From Thermodesulfobacteriota bacterium (GTDB lineage Bacteria; Desulfobacterota; Binatia; Bin18): a stretch of DNA of 64,000 nt. The notes beneath the pieces are model-generated. The model saw nothing but the letters and a program-made list of their open reading frames with translations, did no database searches and was not told where the DNA came from. Where the stretch lies: assembly GCA_964291405.2 (NCBI GenBank), contig OZ219926.1, positions 224,001 to 288,000 of the forward strand. Reading direction: 5' to 3'. This document shows positions 19,480 to 30,903 of the stretch, in pieces. Within the stretch, counting starts at the first letter, position 1. Each line of letters opens with the position of its first letter. The translations under genes were made by a program, and so were the position numbers.

Positions 19480-20418
19480 TTATTCTAACACGTCCTTAAT
19501 CCAGTAGACGGGCTTTTCCTGACTCTCGTGGTAGGTGCGAGACAGCATCTCAGCGATTAAGCCGGTGGTCACAAGCTGGATACCGGTGACAAGCAGGAGA
19601 ATCCCCAGGAGTAAAATTGGACGGTTTGCTAATTGCACGTCAAACAGGAGGCGTTGAATCCCTAGGACGGTCGTTATCCCCCCGCCAACGAGGACGGCAA
19701 TCAAACCCAGAAAGCCAAATAAATGACTCGGGCGGGTTGCATAGCTCGACATGAATTTAACGGTCAGTAAATCCAGCACGACCCACAATGTTCGGGTTAA
19801 GCCGTATTTTGAGGTGCCGTGCTTGCGCGCATGATGGGTGACCGGAAGCTCGGCAATCCTCGCTCCCATATCCCCGGCCAGAGCTGGAATAAACCGGTGC
19901 ATTTCTCCATACAGCTTGAGACTCTTTGCCACCTCACGGCGAAACGCCTTGAGCGTACAGCCATAATCGTGCAGTTTGACCCGCGTTGTGAGCGAGATCA
20001 TATGATTGGCGATCTGAGACGGGAGACGCCGGTGCAAAAATGGATCTTGTCGATTGACACGCCAGCCGTTCACCAAGTCATACCCCTCGTCCAGCTTTGC
20101 CAGCAAACGCGGAATATCGATGGGATCATTTTGAAGGTCACCATCCAGCGAAACAATGACGTCCCCATGGGCGTATTCAAATCCCGCGGCCAGCGCGGCA
20201 GTCTGGCCGAAGTTGCGTCGAAAGCGGAGGACCTTGAGCGTATCGTCCTCGGCGTGCAGCTCGGCTAGCAGCTCACTACTCCCGTCCTGACTGCCGTCGT
20301 CGATAAGAATGAGTTCATAACTCCAGTCCGTCGGCGCTAGTACGGCATGGACCCGTTCACACAACGGACGCAAATTATCGACCTCATTGTAGATCGGTAC
20401 GACGATGGAAAGGTCCAT
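19480..20418 (-). CDS. Glycosyltransferase family 2 (ArnC/DPM synthase-like)
   Basis: SIVVPIYNE, IDDGSQD, RNFGQTAA, DGDLQND, two C-terminal TM helices. Confidence 0.92.
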   Translation of the reverse strand: MDLSIVVPIYNEVDNLRPLCERVHAVLAPTDWSYELILIDDGSQDGSSELLAELHAEDDTLKVLRFRRNFGQTAALAAGFEYAHGDVIVSLDGDLQNDPIDIPRLLAKLDEGYDLVNGWRVNRQDPFLHRRLPSQIANHMISLTTRVKLHDYGCTLKAFRREVAKSLKLYGEMHRFIPALAGDMGARIAELPVTHHARKHGTSKYGLTRTLWVVLDLLTVKFMSSYATRPSHLFGFLGLIAVLVGGGITTVLGIQRLLFDVQLANRPILLLGILLLVTGIQLVTTGLIAEMLSRTYHESQEKPVYWIKDVLE

Positions 20419-20438
20419 AGCAATTCAGCGCTGACGGG

Positions 20439-21338
20439 CTAGAATTCGGTCAGACTCACGAACTGACGATAACGCTGTTCAACGTCGTCCCGACCCAGGG
20501 CGTGCAGACGCCGCAAGCTGAAATCTTCTACCGTGAACGAAGCCACCACACTGCCGTAGACAATAGCTTTGCGCAGTCCGGCCTCAGACGTGTCGTTCGA
20601 CTCGGCCAAATAGCCGAGGAACCCGCCGGCAAAGGAGTCGCCGGCCCCGGTCGGATCAACTACGTCTTCCAAGGGATAGGCCGGGACGGCGAAAACCGAC
20701 TGGGGGGAAAACAGCAACACCCCATATTCGCCCCGCTTGACGAGCAATGTCTTTGGTCCCATGTCCAAAATCCTGCGTGCGGATTTCACGACATTGGACT
20801 CACCGCTGAGCATACCCGCCTCTTCATCGTTGATGATCAGTACATCGACACGTTTCAACACAGCTTCAAGCGCCGCACGCTCGTGCTCAATCCAGTGACT
20901 GATCGTGTCGCAGCCGATCAGGCGTGCCCCATCGATTTGGTCTAGCACCTGGCTCTGCAACCCAGGGTCGATATTCCCAAGAAACACAAAAGGCGTGCGA
21001 CGATACTGTTCGGGCAGTTGCGGAGCGAAGTCCGCAACCACATTCATCTGGAGGTCTAATGTGTCGCGAATGTTGAGATTTTCGTGATAGCGGCCGGTCC
21101 ACCGAAACGTCCGCCCTGCCCCTACTTCCAGCCCGTCCAGGTTAATATTCGGTACGGTCAGGGTCGTCCGCGCATCTGAGGGAAAGTCTTCACCAATAAC
21201 GGCAACAACGTTCACCGTCGTAAAATAGCTCGCCGCAACAGCGAAATAGGCTGCCGAGCCCCCCAGGACTTCGTCAGCCTTACCGGACGGCGTTTCAATA
21301 GAATCCAATCCGATCGAACCGACAACCACAATACTCAT
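20439..21338 (-). CDS. PfkB-family carbohydrate/nucleoside kinase
   Basis: VVVGSIGLD, LGGSAAY, DPTGAGDSFAGG. Confidence 0.92.
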   Translation of the reverse strand: MSIVVVGSIGLDSIETPSGKADEVLGGSAAYFAVAASYFTTVNVVAVIGEDFPSDARTTLTVPNINLDGLEVGAGRTFRWTGRYHENLNIRDTLDLQMNVVADFAPQLPEQYRRTPFVFLGNIDPGLQSQVLDQIDGARLIGCDTISHWIEHERAALEAVLKRVDVLIINDEEAGMLSGESNVVKSARRILDMGPKTLLVKRGEYGVLLFSPQSVFAVPAYPLEDVVDPTGAGDSFAGGFLGYLAESNDTSEAGLRKAIVYGSVVASFTVEDFSLRRLHALGRDDVEQRYRQFVSLTEF

Positions 21339-21354
21339 TATGTCCTCTTGGCGT

Positions 21355-22215
21355 TTATCCATTGATGTATTTTCCAATAATTGGCTCAAGTTCGTTTTTC
21401 ACCGTTTCTGGAATCATCCCCCGGTCGGTGATGATCGCATCTGCGAGCGCGGTCTCACAGCCACACACCTGCTCAGGAGACAGCCGCCGGGCCGTGTCCC
21501 GTACAATGCGCTGAGCGGTGACAACATTTTTATTCAGAATTGCCAGCACCTCTTCTATCACCACATCGCCGGCCTCAGTATTCCAGCAGTCGTAATCGGT
21601 TGCCATGGCCAGGGTGGCAAAACAGATTTCGGCTTCACGCGCGAGCTTAGCTTCTTGGAGATTCGTCATACCGATGATATCGGCGCCCCAGCTCCGGTAC
21701 AGCAAAGATTCGGCCCGCGTAGAAAATTGCGGACCTTCCATACAGACATACGTTCCCCCATGGTGAACGGATATGTCCAGGCTGTCACTGGCCTCAACCA
21801 AAGACTGAGATAAGAGCGGACACACCGGGTCGGCAAAGGCGACATGGGCGACAATACCCCGGCCAAAGAAGGTGCTGATGCGCCCACGGGTCCGGTCGAT
21901 AAACTGGTCGGGGATGACAATATGGCCAGGCGCAATCTCCTGTTTCAAACTGCCCACCGCACCCACGGCAATCAAGCGCCGCACGCCAAGCTTTTTCATC
22001 CCGTAGATATTGGCGCGGAAATTCAGCTCCGAGGGCAGTACCCGGTGGCCACGGCCGTGCCGCGGCAGGAAAACCATACGGATGCCGTCTAATTCGCCGA
22101 CAAAATATTCATCCGACGGTGCCCCAAACGGCGTCTCAACGCTCACCCATTCGCCATGCTCGATACCGTTCATCTGGTATAGGCCGCTGCCTCCAATAAC
22201 ACCAAGCGTGATCAT
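21355..22215 (-). CDS. mtnP: S-methyl-5'-thioadenosine phosphorylase
   Basis: GVIGGSGLY, PRHGRGH, MEGPQFSTRAES, GMTNLQEAKLAREAE, ATDYDCW. Confidence 0.93.
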   Translation of the reverse strand: MITLGVIGGSGLYQMNGIEHGEWVSVETPFGAPSDEYFVGELDGIRMVFLPRHGRGHRVLPSELNFRANIYGMKKLGVRRLIAVGAVGSLKQEIAPGHIVIPDQFIDRTRGRISTFFGRGIVAHVAFADPVCPLLSQSLVEASDSLDISVHHGGTYVCMEGPQFSTRAESLLYRSWGADIIGMTNLQEAKLAREAEICFATLAMATDYDCWNTEAGDVVIEEVLAILNKNVVTAQRIVRDTARRLSPEQVCGCETALADAIITDRGMIPETVKNELEPIIGKYING

Positions 22216-22229
22216 GACTGCCCCTTTTC

Positions 22230-23258
22230 CTAGGCCGCTTGCTCCAGGGGGGCGGCGAGTTGACCACAGGCGGCCTGTACATCCTGGCCACGGCTTTCGC
22301 GAATGCTGGCGTAGATGCCCCGGTCGAGCAAGATTTGACGGAACCGTATGAGCCGCTCGCGCGACGATGGGACAAATGATGCCCCAGGGAAGGAATTAAA
22401 CGGAATCAGGTTGACCTTACCCCGGATGCCATGCAGGAGGGACACGAGGCGTTTTGCGTCGGCTGGGCTATCGTTCAGCCCGTCCAACAGGGTATACGCA
22501 AAGGTCATCCGGTTACGCGCGGCTATGGACAGGGACCGACAGGCCTCCAACAACGTCGCCAGAGGGTAGCGCCGATTAATCGGCATGAGGGTGTTCCGCA
22601 CGGCATCGGTTGTTGCGCTTAAGGAGATGGTGAGGTTGACCTGGGTGTCATGCAACAGGCGCTGCATTTGCGGCACTAATCCAACCGTCGATACGGTGAT
22701 GCGGCGAGGAGAGAGCTTATACCCCCAGGCCGACGTCAGAATGGTGATGGCCTTCACGACCTGATCGTAGTTCGCCAACGGTTCGCCCATACCCATAAAG
22801 ACGACGTTGGTCACCGCTTCGTGTTGGGGCCGTCGGTACTGGACTTCCCAAATTTGGCTGACGATTTCCCCTGCAGTCAGGTCACGCACTGGCCGTACGC
22901 GGGCGGTGGCACAAAATTGACAGCCCATTGCACAGCCAGCCTGGGAAGAGATGCAGAGCGTCCGGCGGTGCTTACTCGGAATAAAAACGCTCTCAATCCG
23001 ACATCCATCGGCAAGGGTCAAGAGATATTTCTCCGTTCCATCAGCCGCCGCAGTGTGGCTGCTACAGTCCAGACGGGCAAGCCTAAAATGCTGAGCCAAC
23101 TCCTCACGCAGGGCCAGGGGTACATTGCTCATCTGCCCCACGTCTGTGAGCCGGTGTTGATGCACCCATTTCAAAACTTGCTGCGCCCGGAAGGATTTGT
23201 GTCCGCGCGCAGTCAGCCAGCGGGCTAGTTCGTCTTGGGTACAATCTTTAAGGTCCAT
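22230..23258 (-). CDS. rlmN: 23S rRNA/tRNA A-C2 radical SAM methyltransferase
   Basis: CISSQAGCAMGCQFC, FMGMGEP, AACGQL. Confidence 0.95.
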   Translation of the reverse strand: MDLKDCTQDELARWLTARGHKSFRAQQVLKWVHQHRLTDVGQMSNVPLALREELAQHFRLARLDCSSHTAAADGTEKYLLTLADGCRIESVFIPSKHRRTLCISSQAGCAMGCQFCATARVRPVRDLTAGEIVSQIWEVQYRRPQHEAVTNVVFMGMGEPLANYDQVVKAITILTSAWGYKLSPRRITVSTVGLVPQMQRLLHDTQVNLTISLSATTDAVRNTLMPINRRYPLATLLEACRSLSIAARNRMTFAYTLLDGLNDSPADAKRLVSLLHGIRGKVNLIPFNSFPGASFVPSSRERLIRFRQILLDRGIYASIRESRGQDVQAACGQLAAPLEQAA

Positions 23259-23308
23259 ACCGATCAAACAGGCATAGAGCACGGTGCATCAGATTCCGAA
23301 AAGGCTCC

Positions 23309-23725
23309 TTAAGCCAGGTCTAGCCCACTAAAAAAATAACTGATCTCCCATTGGGCCGTTTCGGGCGCATCGGAGCCATGCACGGCGTTCTGCTCGATGT
23401 TCGTGGCAAAATCCTTCCGAATCGTACCCTCATCCGCTTCAGCCGGGTTGGTCGTACCCATAATTTTTCGGTGGGCTTGAATGGCCCCCTCACCCTCAAG
23501 CACGGAGACGAGAATCGGACCTGAGGACATGAAGTCTGTCAGGCTCTCAAAAAATGGGCGTTCCTTATGGACCGCATAAAAACCCTCGGCTTCGGCTTTA
23601 GTCAGGGAAACCATTTTGGTAGCTACGATTTTGAGCCCTGCTGCTTCAAAGCGGCGGAGAATCTCACCAATGACATTCTTCTTGACTGCGTCAGGCTTCA
23701 CAATAGAGAGGGTTCGTTCCGTCAT
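23309..23725 (-). CDS. ndk: Nucleoside diphosphate kinase
   Basis: [19 protein letters not shown]. Confidence 0.97.
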   Translation of the reverse strand: MTERTLSIVKPDAVKKNVIGEILRRFEAAGLKIVATKMVSLTKAEAEGFYAVHKERPFFESLTDFMSSGPILVSVLEGEGAIQAHRKIMGTTNPAEADEGTIRKDFATNIEQNAVHGSDAPETAQWEISYFFSGLDLA

Positions 23726-23792
23726 ACGCATCCTTTCTTGTACTGCATGAGAAGTCTATCCATGCCCACTACAGGGGTCAATGTTCACACTC

Positions 23793-24893
23793 TCAGGGAA
23801 GATTGAGCGGTGGGGGGAGCGGAGTGAAATACAAGCCACAGCTTCGATAGGCTTGTCTCACCGCCCGCCAGTCGGGGCTCTCCGCTACCAGGGCAAGGCC
23901 AGTAAGCGCATGGCAGGCTTCCGCCCGGTAACCAAAGCGCTGGGCCTCGTCATAACAGCGAGCAAATGCGGCCTTCGCGCGTTTATGTTTTCCCTGTGAA
24001 AACGCTAATTCCCCGGTTCCCAGACGACAGTAGACCGACCCGCGGATGTCGCGCGTTTCGCGGAAGAGCCGTTGCGCCCGGCCGAATGTCGCGTGGCTAC
24101 GTTCATGATCGCCCTGCATTTTGAAGACCGTGGCTATCGCCCAGACCGTATAGGCAAAGCTTGCCTTATCGCCAATCCGACTGTATAACCGCTCGGCTTT
24201 TGCAAAGAACCGCAAGGCAGGCGTAAATTCTTGACGCATACGGGCCGCATTGCCAAGGCCACAGTATGAATAGGCCCGGCCGTATACATCATCTTCAACC
24301 TCAAACACCTCGTTTGCTTCGGCGTAATAGTTCTGGGTATCCACAAATCGACCCATTAAACGCGATGCGCCCCCCAGACCGCACAGCGCATATCCGGCTC
24401 CAAGCGTGTCGCCCTCCCGTTCGGCAAGTCTGCGGGCCTGCTTGAAATGGCTCAGCGCTTTTTTGAGGTCGCCACAGAAGCGGTACGTCCCCCCCATGGC
24501 CCAGACAATAAAGCCTTCCCGGTCGTACACCCGCGCTTGACGATAGAGGGTCCGCGCCGCGGCCAGATACGGCAATGCGCACTGAGGGTTCCCTTGGGCG
24601 CGGATGCTGAGACCGATGCCAGCCAGACTCTCCGCCTCCCCTTCCATATCAGCCAAACGGCCAGCGAGGCGGCTGGCCCGCTCATAGGCGCGTTTGGCAA
24701 GCCCAAATTGTCCCTGCATGCGCAAACAATCGCCAATACCGAGGTGGGCATCAAGTTCGCATTCTCCAAGGTCCGCGGTTTTTGCAGCCTGACGCGCCTG
24801 TCGATAGAGCGCCAGCGCCTCAGCAAAGCGACTTTTCAGGCGGGCGCGTTCGCCCTGCTGAAACAAGGCGCGAGGTGTCTGGTCCGTTGACAT
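23793..24893 (-). CDS. Tetratricopeptide-like repeat protein (about 40-aa repeats)
   Basis: Periodic G-[IL]-G-x3-R-x2-G...A...Y..A units; no signal peptide evident. Confidence 0.85.
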   Translation of the reverse strand: MSTDQTPRALFQQGERARLKSRFAEALALYRQARQAAKTADLGECELDAHLGIGDCLRMQGQFGLAKRAYERASRLAGRLADMEGEAESLAGIGLSIRAQGNPQCALPYLAAARTLYRQARVYDREGFIVWAMGGTYRFCGDLKKALSHFKQARRLAEREGDTLGAGYALCGLGGASRLMGRFVDTQNYYAEANEVFEVEDDVYGRAYSYCGLGNAARMRQEFTPALRFFAKAERLYSRIGDKASFAYTVWAIATVFKMQGDHERSHATFGRAQRLFRETRDIRGSVYCRLGTGELAFSQGKHKRAKAAFARCYDEAQRFGYRAEACHALTGLALVAESPDWRAVRQAYRSCGLYFTPLPPPLNLP

Positions 24894-24899
24894 GAAACT

Positions 24900-24927
24900 G
24901 TAGGGGCGGTTCGTGAACCGCCCCTAC
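24900..24927. repeat. GTAG-type REP-like perfect palindrome
   Basis: GTAGGGGCGGTTC-GT-GAACCGCCCCTAC, 13-bp arms, between sucD and the TPR gene. Confidence 0.75.
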
Positions 24928-24968
24928 CCTATTTTGTAAACTGCGCTGTCAGGGCTTATCCGAATCCC

Positions 24969-25838
24969 TTAGCCCATGGCGTCCGCCATGGTTTTGCCCA
25001 TCTCAGCCGGACTCGAAATAATGGCCACACCGGCATCCCTGAAGGCTTGAACCTTCTCAGCCGCTGTTCCCTTCCCACCGGCAATAATCGCCCCAGCATG
25101 TCCCATGCGCTTGCCTTTGGGGGCCGTTTGGCCGGCAATAAACGCCGCGACCGGTTTGGTCATATGCTCTTGAATGAACGCGGCGGCTTCCTCTTCTGCC
25201 GAACCGCCAATTTCACCAATCAACACCACACCTTCGGTTTGGGGATCATCTTGAAAGAGCTGTAAGACGTCGATAAAGCCAGTTCCATTCACCGGGTCGC
25301 CACCTATCCCGATGCACGACGACTGACCGATACCCAACTGAGTGAGTTGATGGACGGCTTCATACGTTAAGGTTCCACTGCGCGACACCACACCGATTGA
25401 TCCGGGGGTATGGATATACCCCGGCATGATCCCAATCTTGCATTCACCTGGGGTAATCACGCCGGGACAGTTCGGGCCAATCAGGCGGGACTTTTTGCCG
25501 GCCAGGTAGCGCTTGACTCGGACCATATCGAGCACCGGGATCCCCTCAGTAATGCAGATCACCAACTCCACTTCGGCATCGACCGCTTCCATAATGGCGT
25601 CAGCGGCAAACGGCGGCGGTACATAGATAACGGAAGCGTTTGCCCCCGTTTCCGCAACCGCCTCCGCAACCGTATTGAAAATAGGAATGCCTTCGAAATC
25701 CGTACCGCCTCGGCCAGGCGTGACCCCCGCCACCATCTGGGTGCCGTAGTCTCGACAGCCCCGGGTGTGCAGTTGGCCGGTTGAGCCGGTAATTCCCTGC
25801 GTCAGGACCTTGGTGTTTTTATCAACAAGAATGCTCAC
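24969..25838 (-). CDS. sucD: Succinyl-CoA synthetase alpha subunit
   Basis: [29 protein letters not shown]. Confidence 0.98.
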   Translation of the reverse strand: MSILVDKNTKVLTQGITGSTGQLHTRGCRDYGTQMVAGVTPGRGGTDFEGIPIFNTVAEAVAETGANASVIYVPPPFAADAIMEAVDAEVELVICITEGIPVLDMVRVKRYLAGKKSRLIGPNCPGVITPGECKIGIMPGYIHTPGSIGVVSRSGTLTYEAVHQLTQLGIGQSSCIGIGGDPVNGTGFIDVLQLFQDDPQTEGVVLIGEIGGSAEEEAAAFIQEHMTKPVAAFIAGQTAPKGKRMGHAGAIIAGGKGTAAEKVQAFRDAGVAIISSPAEMGKTMADAMG

Positions 25839-25899
25839 GAGCGTGCTCCTCGATTTCTCACCCTACAAATTAATACGAACGGTTGAGCCAGTGCGTCGT

Positions 25900-27063
25900 C
25901 TACGCGCCAATCGCCTCGACGATCTTCTTCGCGCCGTCGGCCAGATCGTCGGCAGGAATAATATCAAGCCCCGACTCAGCTAGAATCGTTTTCCCCAGTT
26001 CGACATTCGTGCCTTCTAAGCGCACGACCAAAGGGACCGACAGATTGACTTGCTTGGCGGCTTCAACTACCCCGTTGGCCACTACATCGCAACGCATAAT
26101 TCCACCAAAAATATTGACCAGAACGCCTTTGACATTCTCGTCCGACAGAATAATTTTAAACGCCTCGGTGACTTTTTCCGTGGTCGCGCCCCCGCCTACA
26201 TCCAGAAAATTCGCCGGCTCAGCCCCGTAGTGTTTGATGATATCCATGGTCGCCATCGCCAGCCCAGCCCCATTGACCATGCAGCCGATGTTGCCGTCCA
26301 GCGCAATATAGTTGAGGTCAAACTTGGACGCCGCGACCTCTTTCTCGTTTTCCTCAGTCACATCCCGCATCTCACGGATATCAGCGTGACGGAACAGCGC
26401 GTTGTCATCAAAGCCCATCTTGGCGTCCAGAGCGACAAGATCGCCGGACTTCGTCAGTACCAGCGGATTAATTTCAGCCATAGAGGCGTCGCTCTCGGAA
26501 AATGCCCGGTATAAGCCGCGCATGAAGGCCACGGCTTTATTGACCGAATCCTTAGGCAGGCCTAGACCGTAGGCGAGTTGGCGGCCCTGGAAATCCCCGA
26601 AGCCGACAGCGGGATCGATGGTGGCGCGGAGAATCTTCTCGGGGGAGCGCTCGGCCACCTCTTCAATTTCCACGCCCCCCTCGGAGCTGGCCATCACCGT
26701 GATCCGCGCGGTCGCGCGGTCAATGACCATACCGAGATAGAACTCTTGATCAATGTCACAACCCTGCTCGATAAAAACCTTTTGAACTTCTTTGCCTTCG
26801 GGCCCGGTTTGGTGGGTGACCAGAGTTGAGCCAAGCAGAGCCGTCGCGTGTGCGCGGGCTTCCTGCGGCGTCTTGGCGAGCTTAACCCCACCGGCTTTGC
26901 CTCGTCCACCGGCGTGAATCTGGGCTTTGACGACACACAGACCACCACCCAGTTCTTTGGCCGCAGCTTCGGCTTCGTCCGGGGTGGTAGCGACCCTACC
27001 GTCTAACACGGCCACCCCATTTTTCCGCAATATCTCTTTTGCTTGGTATTCGTGGATATTCAT
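25900..27063 (-). CDS. sucC: Succinyl-CoA synthetase beta subunit
   Basis: [45 protein letters not shown]. Confidence 0.98.
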   Translation of the reverse strand: MNIHEYQAKEILRKNGVAVLDGRVATTPDEAEAAAKELGGGLCVVKAQIHAGGRGKAGGVKLAKTPQEARAHATALLGSTLVTHQTGPEGKEVQKVFIEQGCDIDQEFYLGMVIDRATARITVMASSEGGVEIEEVAERSPEKILRATIDPAVGFGDFQGRQLAYGLGLPKDSVNKAVAFMRGLYRAFSESDASMAEINPLVLTKSGDLVALDAKMGFDDNALFRHADIREMRDVTEENEKEVAASKFDLNYIALDGNIGCMVNGAGLAMATMDIIKHYGAEPANFLDVGGGATTEKVTEAFKIILSDENVKGVLVNIFGGIMRCDVVANGVVEAAKQVNLSVPLVVRLEGTNVELGKTILAESGLDIIPADDLADGAKKIVEAIGA

Positions 27064-27106
27064 ACCTTCTTACCTTACTGTGGCCTTCTTCTCTGATGGT
27101 GGAAAG

Positions 27107-28122
<1,016 letters not shown>

Positions 28123-28301
28123 ATCTCAATCCGTTGAGATATTGCTTATTCGGCAAGGTTTTGGGGCAGGATGCCAAAATTCCCATAGCCTGTCTAGGCC
28201 AGAAGGTTATTAAAAGACTCGCTTGTGGCGACTGGGATATGTATCAGCCTCTGTTCGGTATCGAGAGAGCACCAAGGAGCAACTCGCCTTCATGAGCCTG
28301 A

Positions 28302-29000
28302 CTACCCAGAACGCTGTTTTAGCCGATTTCGTTCAGCGTCAGAGCGACGGATATACTGCGGGACGAGTTGGGATGCGTCGTCGTGATCTCCCTGTCTGAA
28401 TCGCATCCAGGCTAAGCGGGCGACAATGCTGCCACGTGGCGGGACAGCAGCAAGCGGCAGAACCTCTGTATGAGGTCCGCAGTGCTCCCGAATTATTTCA
28501 CCGTAACGCTCAACGCCATCTCCAACAAAGAGGCATGGCTCAATGATTTGGTTGGCCAACTCTTCGGGTGAGAGAACCATATCGTTAGTCAGACGGGTAA
28601 TGTGCCCGTCCGCGCCACGGACAAAGCAGGCGGCATACACTTCACGTTTGCGAGCGTCCAGCACAACGCACAGTCGGCCGGTCCAATGGGTCACTGCATG
28701 GGCAAGCGTGAGGAGCGTCGAGACGCCGGCAACCTGTTGAGACAGGGCATAGGCAAAACCTTTTGTCGTGCCGAGCGCGATACGCAGACCAGAGAAGGCC
28801 CCAGGGCCGATGGTCACCCCTATACCTGCGATCTCAGGCAGGCTGACGTGTGCTTGATCAAGGACGCGATGAATCAAGGGTAAAAGATTTTCCGCATGAC
28901 TCGCCGTAGCACCACCTGACTGTTCTGCCAGAACACTGCCGTCCTGTATCAGGCCGACACTCGCAATCGGGGTAGCCGCGTCAATACCGAGAACGAGCAT
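28302..29000 (-). CDS. tsaB: tRNA threonylcarbamoyladenosine biosynthesis protein
   Basis: VLGIDAAT, GPGAFSGLRI, LDARKREVY, PQYIR. Confidence 0.94.
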   Translation of the reverse strand: MLVLGIDAATPIASVGLIQDGSVLAEQSGGATASHAENLLPLIHRVLDQAHVSLPEIAGIGVTIGPGAFSGLRIALGTTKGFAYALSQQVAGVSTLLTLAHAVTHWTGRLCVVLDARKREVYAACFVRGADGHITRLTNDMVLSPEELANQIIEPCLFVGDGVERYGEIIREHCGPHTEVLPLAAVPPRGSIVARLAWMRFRQGDHDDASQLVPQYIRRSDAERNRLKQRSG

Positions 29001-29009
29001 GTCGAGATA

Positions 29010-30080
29010 TCAGCTGACAAGGCGTGAAATATCGTTGTAGAAGACCAGGACTATGAGCGAGACGATGACCAGGAAGCCGACACGTAAGGCCATCTCTTTG
29101 GAACGATTACTCAACGGGCGACCGATGAGGAGTTCAATGAGCATCAGCAACAGATGGCCGCCGTCAAGAATCGGGATAGGCAGAAGATTAAAGATGGCTA
29201 AGTTGACGTTCACGATAGCCGTGAAGCGCAGCAAATAATCCAATCCCAGACGCGCCTGCTGTCCGGCCACCTGCGCAATGAGAATGGGACCGCCCAACTC
29301 TTTGGTTGAAACCTCTCCACTGATAAGCTTGACGACGCTGTCCAAAATGAGGTGCGTCCACAGCCAGGTTTGCTCAGCTCCGAGCGTTATCGCTCGTCCT
29401 ACGGTAACAGCTTCGTTCGTAAAGGCTCGCTCAATACCAATCACATAGACTTGTCCGCCGACGGGGTTGTCACGCAGTTGAGGGGTGATCGTTGCTACAA
29501 TAATCTGGTCGCGGTTCGTCTTTTTAATGACGAGGTCAATCTCATTCCCATTGCTGTGTTGGATCTGCTCGGCCAGTTCCTCCCAAGTGTGGACGGCAAC
29601 CCCATCGACTTTGAGAATCTCGTCTTCCGGTTCTAGACCGGCCGCTTCTGCGGGCATATTCGCCACGACTCCGCCCACCGTGGGCTGATCGATCGGGACA
29701 TTAACGCCAAATTGGGCAAAGGCCAGACTGAAAACGACGAAAGCCATTAGGAAGTTAGCCAAAGGCCCGGCAGAAACAATCAGAAAGCGTTTTGGCAAGG
29801 ATTTATGGGTAAAGGAACGGTGCAGGTCAGCCTCATCCACCTCCTCGCCGATTTCTTCTCCAATCATCTTCACATAGCCACCCAGAGGAATGGCGCTGAG
29901 TAAATACTCCGTTTCGCCAACCTTCCGACCGAGGAGTTTCGGACCAAATCCGAGCGAGAATCGCTCCACTCCAACGCCGGCCCATTTGGCGGTCAGGAAG
30001 TGTCCCAATTCGTGCACAAAAATAATTAACCCAAAGACAATAACTACTCGTAACGCAACATCAAAAGTCGAAAGATCCAT
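29010..30080 (-). CDS. rseP: RIP metalloprotease
   Basis: HELGH, IPLGGYVKM, PDZ domain, NLLPIPILDGG; start trimmed to ATG 30080. Confidence 0.95.
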   Translation of the reverse strand: MDLSTFDVALRVVIVFGLIIFVHELGHFLTAKWAGVGVERFSLGFGPKLLGRKVGETEYLLSAIPLGGYVKMIGEEIGEEVDEADLHRSFTHKSLPKRFLIVSAGPLANFLMAFVVFSLAFAQFGVNVPIDQPTVGGVVANMPAEAAGLEPEDEILKVDGVAVHTWEELAEQIQHSNGNEIDLVIKKTNRDQIIVATITPQLRDNPVGGQVYVIGIERAFTNEAVTVGRAITLGAEQTWLWTHLILDSVVKLISGEVSTKELGGPILIAQVAGQQARLGLDYLLRFTAIVNVNLAIFNLLPIPILDGGHLLLMLIELLIGRPLSNRSKEMALRVGFLVIVSLIVLVFYNDISRLVS

Positions 30081-30111
30081 GCCCACGTACTCCTCGGTTT
30101 TCGGGCCAAAT

Positions 30112-30903
30112 TTAAGGCCACAACGTATTATAGTAATAGATAAAGGCACCTGGGAAAAGTAAACTATCGATACGGTCAAGCACCCCGCCGTGGCCGGGGA
30201 AGAGGCGTCCTGAGTCTTTGGCGCTGCAGGCCCGCTTCAAGGCAGACTCACAGAGGTCGCCCAACTGGGCGAGAAGCCCCATCAGAAGAGCAAGTAGTAC
30301 TAATTCGAGCGCGGATCGATTGGGCAGGAGATACTGCCAAGCGACGAGAGTGGCAATGCAGTTTCCGCCTATCGATCCGACGCTCCCCTCTATTGTTTTG
30401 CCGGGGCTGATATGCGGTAGCAGTTTCCGTTTTCCCCATATCCGTCCGACGGCATATCCTCCGGCGTCTCCAAGCATAGCCACAAGCAGTATGAAAAAAA
30501 CCCATTTCGCGCCTTCCGAGCCGCGGTGTATCCACATCAAATGCGGAAAAAGAAACCCAATATACACAACACCAAGTACGAAGAGGCTCGTTGTCTGGAT
30601 TCCTCGCGCTGGCTGACGGTCTCGAAGACTGAGGATAAAAACCAGTACAAAACCGAGGGTGAATACAGCGCCGATGAGCCGTGTATCGCCCGATAACATG
30701 CTGAGTGCGACAAGCATGCCCCACAGTTCGCCGATGACCGGAGAGAGGGAGCATTGGGATCGTGTGAGTGAGAAATATTCATATAGGCCGACACCAGTCA
30801 GCACCAGAATTGCACTCGAAAAGCCCCATTCCGGCGCAGAGTGTATCAGGAAGATGAGAAGGGGAAGCGCGACCGCGGCGGTCAGGAGCCTAGTGCGCAG
30901 CAC
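30112..30903 (-). CDS. cdsA: Phosphatidate cytidylyltransferase
   Basis: ISPGKTIEG, GDLCESALKR, KDSG...PGHGGVLDRIDS; likely GTG start. Confidence 0.95.
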   Translation of the reverse strand: MLRTRLLTAAVALPLLIFLIHSAPEWGFSSAILVLTGVGLYEYFSLTRSQCSLSPVIGELWGMLVALSMLSGDTRLIGAVFTLGFVLVFILSLRDRQPARGIQTTSLFVLGVVYIGFLFPHLMWIHRGSEGAKWVFFILLVAMLGDAGGYAVGRIWGKRKLLPHISPGKTIEGSVGSIGGNCIATLVAWQYLLPNRSALELVLLALLMGLLAQLGDLCESALKRACSAKDSGRLFPGHGGVLDRIDSLLFPGAFIYYYNTLWP

